Positions 57,804 to 64,000 of a DNA stretch of 64,000 bases are shown piece by piece. Location of the stretch: assembly GCA_043780835.1 (NCBI GenBank), contig JAYWCB010000012.1:21998-85997 (forward strand), in the 5' to 3' direction. A program made the translations under genes and the position numbers. The DNA is from Minisyncoccota bacterium. Its GTDB lineage: Bacteria; Patescibacteriota; Minisyncoccia; Phycocordibacterales; UBA2100. The notes beneath the pieces are model-generated. The model had not been told where the DNA came from, made no database searches, and was given only the letters and a program-made list of their open reading frames with translations. The stretch's first letter is position 1. Every line of letters begins with the position of its first letter.

Positions 57804-60129
57804 GCAATTTCTGAACGTCTTTTTTAAGCGCAGGCAATTCAAAAAAGAACGTTGAACCGTTCGCACCTGAACTCTCAACCCAGATACGACCCTTGTGCTC
57901 TGCTACAATCGCAGCGGTTATATAGAGTCCGATACCGAGACCGGCAAAACTCTGCCCGCGAGTATTGTTGACCTGGAAAAATCGTTCAAATATCTTCTCC
58001 TGATGTGATTTCGCAATCCCGATACCGAAATCTCTCACGCCGATACGTACCGTGTCTTTATGACGTGATAACAGAATCGCAATCGTGTCAGCTTTCGGAG
58101 AGTATTTAATCGCATTGGTTATCAGATTGATAAACACCCGACTGATCGAATTACGATCCCCCCATATACGGGATGTGGTATCGCCCTCGATCGTAATGGT
58201 GTGGTGGGGCGAAAGAAGCTGACAGCTCTTTACGATCTCGTGTGCAAGAATATCAAAATCAAAGTCCGATGCGTCGATTTCAAATTTGTCTGCTTTAATT
58301 TTTGAAACGTCGAGGAGGTCTATCACGAGCTTTGTGAGCTGCTCGATTTGCAGACCAATTGTGGTTAGGTACTCGTTGAGTGTCGTGTCCGCGCTCCGTG
58401 TGTAGCGCACCTGCAGAATTTGTAGCAGCATTTTAATGGTTGTGACGGGAGTTTTCAGTTCATGACTCGCCATACTGATGAAACTGTCATTTCGCTGCTG
58501 CAGTGCTCGCTGTTCGGTAATGTCTTGAATCGCAAGCAGAATCAGCTCTTCGCCTTTTTCGCTCTGAATCAGTCGATGTCCGTTGAGCAACATCGTCTTT
58601 GCCCCGATGACGGGTAGATCGCACGAGATTTCCAAATCACTGAATCCGACACGCTCAGAGAGAATCTTGTTGAGCGCTTCGCGGAGTGCCGGCGTATCCC
58701 AACAACGATTGTTCAGTTCGTACACAAGTGTTTCTTCTGTCTCGTGTGAGGTCACAGAAAACACGCGATAAAACGCTTCATTCGCACTCTTTACTCGAAG
58801 ATCCTTGTGCAGCACAAGCAATGGCTCTCGCATAGTGCCCAAAATACCCTCCGCATACGAAATGCTTTGTTCGCGTTCGCGGTTTTCTAACACGCGCTTC
58901 TCTTTCTCTTTATTCTGAAAGGCGAGTTCGATATCAGCAATGGCAAGTTCGGCGGCGCGCTTTTCTTTCTCGCCTGTTTGATAAAACAACTCTTTGTTTG
59001 CAATAAAGAGCTCGGCAGCACGCTTTTCTTTCTCGTCGTTTTGATACGCGAGTTCCACGTTGGCGATACTGAGCTCAGCTGCGCGCTTCTCTTTTTCTTT
59101 GTTTTGAAATGCCAATTCTTTATTGGCCAGCAAAAGCTCTGCTGCTCGCTTGCCTCGTTCGGCATTTTGGAAAGCGAGTTCCTTGTTCGCAATCACGAGC
59201 TCTTCGGCACGCATCGTATTGACGGTGTTCTGAAATGCAAGTTCACGGTTCGCCTCGGTCAATTCTTCCGCTCGTTTTTCCTTTTCATCGTTTTGATACG
59301 CGAGTTCGATATTGGCGATACTAAGCTCGGCCGCTCGTTTTTCCTTCTCATTATTTTGAAATGCCAGTTCCCCATTTGCGGCGCTCAGTTCCGCTGCGCG
59401 CTTCTCTTTTTCCGCATTTTGGAAAGAAAGCTCCTTGTTGGCAATAATAAGTTCTGCGGCGCGCTTTTCGCGCTGATCATCCTGGTATGCAAGTTCGATG
59501 TCGGCAATACCCAATTCTTCAGCACGCTTACCTTTTTCTTCTTTTTGAAACGACAGTTCAGTATTTGCAACAAATAAGGTGTCGGTGAGCGCCTCTTTCT
59601 CTTTTTTTGAAATCGCAAACTCTGCTTGTACGAGTATATATTCTTCTGCCCGCTTTCGCTTTTCGTCTACTTGAAAAAGCAGTTCGTCGTTTGCTATGAC
59701 GAGCTCAGCGACTTTCTGTTCTTTGATGAGATTCTGGAACGCACGTTCAACATCTGCAATTTCAAGCTCTGCTGCCCGTTTACTCTTTTCGTCGCTTTGA
59801 AACACGAGCTCGATGTCCGCTATCGCCAATTCATCGGCGCGCTTTTGCTTTTCCTCGCTTTGAAACACGCGTTCCTTATCAGCGATTTTGAATTCTTCGG
59901 CTCGCTTCGCCTTCTCTACGTATTGCACCGCAAGCTCTTTTTTTACCGTAACAAGCGTTCGTATGAGGTCCTGTATTTCATTTTTTTGTACCGCGAGGTC
60001 CTTTTGAGCAGTGATGAGCGCGTCGTGATCTGAAATTATTGTTTTTTTCATTTGTTCACCAGCACTCCGCTCGATCAGAGTTTTCAAACTATACAACGGA
60101 TTGCATGAAGACTCGGTGAGTATAGCCAA
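57790..60129 (-). CDS. Soluble sensor histidine kinase: N-terminal approximately 15 tandem 21-aa coiled-coil repeats, PAS domain, HisKA, HATPase_c
   Basis: H-box MASHELKTPVTTIKML; HATPase GLGIGLYITAAIVAEHKGRIWVESSGANGSTFFFELP; no TM segment. Overlaps the REC gene start by 14 nt. Confidence 0.85.
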   Translation of the reverse strand: MAILTESSCNPLYSLKTLIERSAGEQMKKTIISDHDALITAQKDLAVQKNEIQDLIRTLVTVKKELAVQYVEKAKRAEEFKIADKERVFQSEEKQKRADELAIADIELVFQSDEKSKRAAELEIADVERAFQNLIKEQKVAELVIANDELLFQVDEKRKRAEEYILVQAEFAISKKEKEALTDTLFVANTELSFQKEEKGKRAEELGIADIELAYQDDQREKRAAELIIANKELSFQNAEKEKRAAELSAANGELAFQNNEKEKRAAELSIANIELAYQNDEKEKRAEELTEANRELAFQNTVNTMRAEELVIANKELAFQNAERGKRAAELLLANKELAFQNKEKEKRAAELSIANVELAYQNDEKEKRAAELFIANKELFYQTGEKEKRAAELAIADIELAFQNKEKEKRVLENREREQSISYAEGILGTMREPLLVLHKDLRVKSANEAFYRVFSVTSHETEETLVYELNNRCWDTPALREALNKILSERVGFSDLEISCDLPVIGAKTMLLNGHRLIQSEKGEELILLAIQDITEQRALQQRNDSFISMASHELKTPVTTIKMLLQILQVRYTRSADTTLNEYLTTIGLQIEQLTKLVIDLLDVSKIKADKFEIDASDFDFDILAHEIVKSCQLLSPHHTITIEGDTTSRIWGDRNSISRVFINLITNAIKYSPKADTIAILLSRHKDTVRIGVRDFGIGIAKSHQEKIFERFFQVNNTRGQSFAGLGIGLYITAAIVAEHKGRIWVESSGANGSTFFFELPALKKDVQKLHAHA
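58930..59940 (-). repeat. About 15 tandem 63-bp (21-codon) in-frame repeats inside the histidine kinase gene. Consensus unit: RAAELxIANxELAFQNxEKEK
   Basis: Repeats are visible in the translation (RAAELSIANIELAYQNDEKEK, RAAELLLANKELAFQNKEKEK, and so on). The antisense strand yields long artefactual ORFs. Confidence 0.8.
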
Positions 60130-60142
60130 AAATCACTTGAGA

Positions 60143-60757
60143 TTACTCGTTCGGACCAAAGGTGTAGGACACTGGAATAACCGCGGGAGTACCGGATGCT
60201 GCCCCGAAGACAACGGCGATTTCCTGATGCGATTGTAATGGAAGCGTGCGCGGATCCCCACTGAAGAGGACTCCATTTGAATACACCTTGATCGTCTTAT
60301 TGCCCGAAGCACAGTAGCTCCCGATACATTGCGACGTAAAGCGAACACCCCAAATATCATATATCTGCCCGAGGGTAAACGTTTGTACTTTCGACGCTTC
60401 TATGTGAATGACACCTCGTCCATCATGCGTATGGATATCAGAAATAAATTGTGCGCCTTGGTTAATACCGATATTTGCCGGTACCGCTACGGGCGCGCCA
60501 TCTATAAAAATATCCAGGTGTTGATGGATATGCATTGCGGTGCCTTCGGCAGAGAGTGCGGGCAATCCCAGTGCTTTTAATCGCTGTGCCAAATGCGCAG
60601 ACTCCGACGCCCAGGGCGCTTCACTTACTTGTATACCGGGAAGTGCGCTTGGATCCGATATCAGCGTTGCTGTTTTTGAAGGGAAAATACGGTTCCACGA
60701 AAAAAGCACGCCGAGCAAAACGACGAACCCGATTATATACAGTGTCGTTGATTTCAT
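60143..60757 (-). CDS. Hypothetical membrane-anchored protein, His-rich patches (HIHQH, HTHD)
   Basis: N-terminal TM; no recognisable family. Confidence 0.4.
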   Translation of the reverse strand: MKSTTLYIIGFVVLLGVLFSWNRIFPSKTATLISDPSALPGIQVSEAPWASESAHLAQRLKALGLPALSAEGTAMHIHQHLDIFIDGAPVAVPANIGINQGAQFISDIHTHDGRGVIHIEASKVQTFTLGQIYDIWGVRFTSQCIGSYCASGNKTIKVYSNGVLFSGDPRTLPLQSHQEIAVVFGAASGTPAVIPVSYTFGPNE

Positions 60758-60978
60758 ATGACCCGCGAACCGTTTATTTTCCTATTCCCCCTAACGCAAG
60801 ACCAATAGCGCCGCCAGTGCGAATGTGTCTTACGCCTTCTTAATTCTTATAGGGGCGATTTTTATCTTTCTTCTCCTTATCCTTTTTCGACTTCTTCACC
60901 TCTTTTTTCTTATCCATTCCTTTTGACATATGCCGTTAGTTTAGCATGTGCTGTTGCGGAATCGAGCCCTGGCGCTGC

Positions 60979-61305
60979 TTAGCGCTTTTCAACGATAATA
61001 GTGCATTTGGCAACGAGCGCTGCAATAGCACCTGCAGCTGCGAGCACCGGCGCGATGATAAAGCCAACGGCGCCGACGGCAAGGGGAAATTCGATAAGCG
61101 TACTTCCTGCTTCGTTTTTCACGATGACTCTGTGCGCCTTACCTTCCTCGATAATTTTTTTAAGCGTTTTGACGACGTCTTCGCCCGAGACTTTAAATTC
61201 CTCGCGAGATATATTCTCGCTCGTATGTTCGTTTGTCTGTTCGTGTGGGTTTTCAGTCGAATTCTCATGCGTCTGTTCTGATGTATTTTCTGTGGTGTGT
61301 TCCAT
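60979..61305 (-). CDS. DUF4342 domain protein with an acidic Thr/Glu/His-rich N-terminal repeat region
   Basis: FKVSGEDVVKTLKKIIEEGKAHRVIVKNEAGSTLIEFPLAVGAVGFIIAPVLAAAGAIAALVAKCTIIVEK matches the DUF4342 pattern. Confidence 0.6.
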   Translation of the reverse strand: MEHTTENTSEQTHENSTENPHEQTNEHTSENISREEFKVSGEDVVKTLKKIIEEGKAHRVIVKNEAGSTLIEFPLAVGAVGFIIAPVLAAAGAIAALVAKCTIIVEKR

Positions 61306-61377
61306 AGAGAGACTGTATCAGCGCATGATGAAGCGCCGATGTAGTGAGTAGGCGAAGCACAAAAATATGCGGCTTCA

Positions 61378-61423
61378 TTGACACTCCATGGGCTCCGATA
61401 TATTATTCAACTATATGGTTGAA
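61378..61423 (+). promoter_or_regulatory. Candidate sigma70-like promoter (TTGACA 61378..61383, 17-nt spacer, TATTAT 61401..61406) overlapping an inverted repeat TTCAAC-N6-GTTGAA (61406..61423). Putative ArsR autoregulatory operator
   Basis: Read directly from the sequence, immediately upstream of or overlapping the arsR-family start. Confidence 0.35.
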
Positions 61424-61744
61424 TATATGTCGAAATTAGATGATGTGTTCCATTCTCTTTCTGACAGCACCCGTCGCGATATTTTACATCGTCTCGCGCC
61501 TGGAGAGCAAACAGTCGGAGCATTGGCCTCACACTACAATCTAACCTTCGCAGCCGTATCCAAACATCTCCAAGTGCTCGAGCGTGCGAAGTTGGTCCAA
61601 AAGCGCCGCGATGGTCGAGAGCAGCGCGTTACGCTCTCCCCTCACGGGTTGAGGAATGCAGACAAGTACTTGGAGCAGTACCGGAAGTTATGGGAAGAGA
61701 AATTGGACCGATTAGGAGAATACTTAAAAAAGAACAAAAAATAA
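61388..61744 (+). CDS. ArsR/SmtB family transcriptional regulator (alternative start 61427, MSKLDDVF)
   Basis: FHSLSDSTRRDILHRLAPGEQTVGALASHYNLTFAAVSKHLQVLERAKLV is a winged HTH of ArsR type. Confidence 0.8.
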   Translation: MGSDILFNYMVEYMSKLDDVFHSLSDSTRRDILHRLAPGEQTVGALASHYNLTFAAVSKHLQVLERAKLVQKRRDGREQRVTLSPHGLRNADKYLEQYRKLWEEKLDRLGEYLKKNKK

Positions 61745-61745
61745 T

Positions 61746-62216
61746 ATGATCAAAGAAGTAACCATCGAACGAATATACGACGCATCGCCCGAGCGAGTCT
61801 GGCAGGCGTGGACAACTCCGTCAGAACTAATGCAGTGGTGGGGCCCGGACAACGTGTCAATCCCGGAATGCGACGTTGATTTAAAAGTAGGCGGAAAATT
61901 TCACATTGTAATGCTGGCCGGTGAAGCGATGGGTCCATACAAAGGAACAAAGTGGCCGATGCTTGCAGAATTTACGACCGTGGAGCCTCATTCGAAACTC
62001 TCCTATACTGCACAGGCGTGGACTGAAGGCATGAAAGAAGAAACAACGATCGATCAGACGACAGAGATTACCCTGAGCGAAGAAGGCGGCAAAACGAAAG
62101 TGATCGTGCACGCGACCATATTCAAGACAGGACCGAAAGCCGGAATGGCTGCAGAAGGCATGCAGGCAGGCTTTACGCAGCAGCTTGAGAAATTACACAC
62201 GTACCTTGCCGCATAA
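61746..62216 (+). CDS. SRPBCC superfamily protein (AHSA1-like), co-transcribed with arsR
   Basis: IERIYDASPERVWQAWTTPSELMQWWGP is a typical Aha1-domain start; 2-nt gap after arsR. Confidence 0.7.
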   Translation: MIKEVTIERIYDASPERVWQAWTTPSELMQWWGPDNVSIPECDVDLKVGGKFHIVMLAGEAMGPYKGTKWPMLAEFTTVEPHSKLSYTAQAWTEGMKEETTIDQTTEITLSEEGGKTKVIVHATIFKTGPKAGMAAEGMQAGFTQQLEKLHTYLAA

Positions 62217-62230
62217 AGATTCAAATAAAA

Positions 62231-62258
62231 AACCGCCACAATAGCGTGGCGGTTTTTT
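62231..62258. terminator. Bidirectional rho-independent terminator between convergent genes
   Basis: AAAAAACCGCCACAATAGCGTGGCGGTTTTTTG. Confidence 0.65.
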
Positions 62259-62274
62259 GTTTCGGAGATAAAAT

Positions 62275-62697
62275 CTATTGAGCCATCATAACGATGACAA
62301 ACGCCAGCGATTCCAAACATGCGAGCGAGCCGAATGCCATGATCAGAATTTTCTTGACGACCCACTGCGGGGGTGTCCCTCCAAAAAGTACGGCACTTAC
62401 CTGCGTCGGGACTACAAATCCGAGCCAGTAGAAAGCGGCGAGACCGTATCGATTCCAGTCCTTCGGTATTCCGTTCAACAAAAGTACGAAAACAAATGAT
62501 GTGACGATCGTTACAAGGAACTGCACCAGAAGCAGCTTCCACATGCCCTTCATCATTTTTGCCTGCACCTCGGGACTGTGTTCCTCAAAGCCGTGCATAC
62601 GCCCCCAGATCTTGCCGAAGATCGGCCCATACCAAACCGCACCGATAATAAACTGCACCACAGTTGCCACCAATATGGCGATGTAATTTATGTTCAT
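62275..62697 (-). CDS. DUF1761 family membrane protein (start at 62697, MNINYIAIL)
   Basis: MNINYIAILVATVVQFIIGAVWYGPIFGKIW is the characteristic DUF1761 N-terminus. Confidence 0.6.
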   Translation of the reverse strand: MNINYIAILVATVVQFIIGAVWYGPIFGKIWGRMHGFEEHSPEVQAKMMKGMWKLLLVQFLVTIVTSFVFVLLLNGIPKDWNRYGLAAFYWLGFVVPTQVSAVLFGGTPPQWVVKKILIMAFGSLACLESLAFVIVMMAQ

Positions 62698-62756
62698 ATG
62701 CACAAGCATACACCCGGCTTTTCCTTTTCACATGTGCCCTGCAACACTGGCTTTTT

Positions 62757-63062
62757 TTATGTACGTTTCGAGCGGCTCGCAAGAATTCCCGTTATAGAAG
62801 GACTGATTGTTTTATCGGTTCTGTGAATACAGCCTATCCAGCAGCACGGGCGACGTTTACCCTGTGTGAGCTCAACGATCAGACGCTTGATGTGTTCGTT
62901 GCGTGTTTCCTCTTTCTTTACTGAGATCGTCCAACATATCCACTCATTGCGAGCGAGCGGTGTAAGACTCTCCCATTTTGTAAGGGCCGCTTCGTCGGAG
63001 TTGAGTGCTTTTCTCATATCTGCCGGCACTGTATGCACGACGCCGGTTGCTACCGCTCTCAT
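62757..63062 (-). CDS. YdeI/OmpD-associated family protein
   Basis: LTPLARNEWICWTISVKKEETRNEHIKRLIVELTQGKRR matches the family pattern. Confidence 0.55.
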   Translation of the reverse strand: MRAVATGVVHTVPADMRKALNSDEAALTKWESLTPLARNEWICWTISVKKEETRNEHIKRLIVELTQGKRRPCCWIGCIHRTDKTISPSITGILASRSKRT

Positions 63063-63066
63063 CTGC

Positions 63067-63561
63067 CTATGATATCAAATCCGACTCGTCCGACGGAAGA
63101 GCTATATAGCGAGGCACCATTCCACGCTCGAAGTAACGCTCCTGTAATTCCGGAGGCAAGGTATCGAAACTTTTTACCGTGCCGCGACATACCGAACTTC
63201 CGCATGAGCATTGCATCTGCCATATATCGTCTTCGGCAATAATCGTCGAGTAATCGATCAAAGCCTCTTCGCCTTTTGCTATCATCTCCGCCGCGACGAC
63301 GAACAGCCGCCCTCCCGTTTTCACGACCATCGCATTGGGCTCGCACGAATGGTTTTGGTAATCGCCGATCGTACCTTCGGGACTAATGTAGAGCTCTTCG
63401 CTGTACCGAAACGCATTACTGCACGTTTTCTCGTCTACGTCGTCATTGGCACCCCCTGAGATAAATCGCCCAGTTACTTCGAACAGATTTTCATCTTTGG
63501 CAAAGTCACGCAGTGCAACAACACCGTGTCCGTTTCGTGTTTCTGCGACAATCAAATCCAT
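63067..63561 (-). CDS. SET domain protein (putative protein-lysine methyltransferase)
   Basis: NHSCEPN, IAKGEEALIDY, and the post-SET cysteine cluster CSCGSSVC. Confidence 0.8.
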   Translation of the reverse strand: MDLIVAETRNGHGVVALRDFAKDENLFEVTGRFISGGANDDVDEKTCSNAFRYSEELYISPEGTIGDYQNHSCEPNAMVVKTGGRLFVVAAEMIAKGEEALIDYSTIIAEDDIWQMQCSCGSSVCRGTVKSFDTLPPELQERYFERGMVPRYIALPSDESDLIS

Positions 63562-63599
63562 ACGAGTTCAACACCGTATACGCTGGTATAATTTTTGCA

Positions 63600-63953
63600 C
63601 TACAGTGCCTTGCCGTCGTACGGCGTTCGCTGCAGCTCGTCAATATTCACCGCATCGAGCGTTCGTACATTAATCGCATAGCTTGGCGTTCCACTCTCGT
63701 CGTTTGCGGTACCAAAAACTTCGGTCCCGCACACTTTGCAGAAGAAATGCGCGATCTTCTCCGTGTGAAAGCGATATTCAGTAAGCGATTCCTCGCCGGA
63801 AACGATGGTCATCTGGTTTTCTGGAACAAATGAAAGCAAAAGTCCTTTACCGGCACAAATCGAGCAATTGCACTCGAGAACAGGCTTCGTCATGTCAATT
63901 TCTGCTTCATAGCGCACCTTGCCGCAATGGCAGCCACCTTTTTTCTTTTCCAT
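63600..63953 (-). CDS. GFA family protein (glutathione-dependent formaldehyde-activating enzyme/CENP-V fold)
   Basis: GGCHCGKVRY, CNCSIC, and CKVCGT zinc-binding cysteine motifs. Confidence 0.8.
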   Translation of the reverse strand: MEKKKGGCHCGKVRYEAEIDMTKPVLECNCSICAGKGLLLSFVPENQMTIVSGEESLTEYRFHTEKIAHFFCKVCGTEVFGTANDESGTPSYAINVRTLDAVNIDELQRTPYDGKAL

Positions 63954-64000
63954 ATTCGCACATGATACCAAATCGGCAGATTGATGGTGCGGCGGTGGGT

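Noticed and set aside
58978-60033. Long plus-strand ORFs (199 aa and 135 aa) with Phe/Leu/Cys-rich repetitive translation
   Set aside because: Antisense artefacts of the 63-bp tandem repeats inside the histidine kinase gene. The repetitive low-complexity translation mirrors the sense-strand coiled-coil repeats.
60840-60922. 27-aa Lys-rich minus-strand micro-ORF (MSKGMDKKKEVKKSKKDKEKKDKNRPYKN)
   Set aside because: Extreme low complexity arising from an A/G-rich tract. It lies in the leader region upstream of the 60143..60757 gene, with no structural or terminator support.
1-64000. Alternative genetic code (UGA or UAG reassigned, as in code 25/4-type lineages) as the explanation for the two interrupted genes
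   Set aside because: TGA terminates murB and TAG terminates uvrA at the expected protein ends. All other long genes are intact under the standard code, so genome-wide recoding is not supported.

Overview
This 64 kb window is a gene-dense bacterial chromosomal segment, roughly 90% coding and mostly on the minus strand. It has no rRNA genes or CRISPR arrays, and I recognised no tRNA or mobile element. I recognise housekeeping genes (carB 3' end, uvrA, murB, uvrB, tgt, tyrS, msrA, lysS, pyrB, obg, engB, trhO, rsuA-like, msrB, ABC-F). There are membrane transport genes (ZIP, marR-MFP-RND efflux operon, AI-2E, P-type ATPase, MFS, VIT, SPFH). There is a cluster of secreted or cell-surface proteins (class F sortase, CHRD, fasciclin, YHYH, S1 protease and an Ig-repeat protein with peptidoglycan-binding domains). 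Signalling genes are two histidine kinases, a REC-only regulator, and MarR and ArsR regulators. At the 3' end sit small stress/repair-type genes (Atl-like alkyltransferase, EVE, TfoX-N, SRPBCC, SET domain, GFA). The gene content (sortase, efflux pump with no outer-membrane factor) suggests a monoderm-like, possibly CPR/Patescibacteria-like organism; this is inference only. The most unusual observations are: (1) a soluble PAS histidine kinase whose N-terminal ~340 residues are about 15 tandem copies of a 21-aa (63-bp) coiled-coil repeat; (2) two genes interrupted by single in-frame stop codons, namely folB with TAG at the conserved catalytic Tyr codon and a 355-codon ORF with one in-frame TGA; the genetic code is otherwise standard, since TGA and TAG terminate murB and uvrA; (3) a perfect 3 x 11-bp direct repeat plus an inverted repeat in the divergent promoter between the P-type ATPase and the sortase; (4) long non-coding stretches with strong hairpins upstream of tyrS (attenuator-like) and between uvrB and tgt; (5) an unannotated 47-aa four-cysteine zinc-ribbon ORF with its own terminator. 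No computation or database search was possible; all family assignments are motif recognition by eye.
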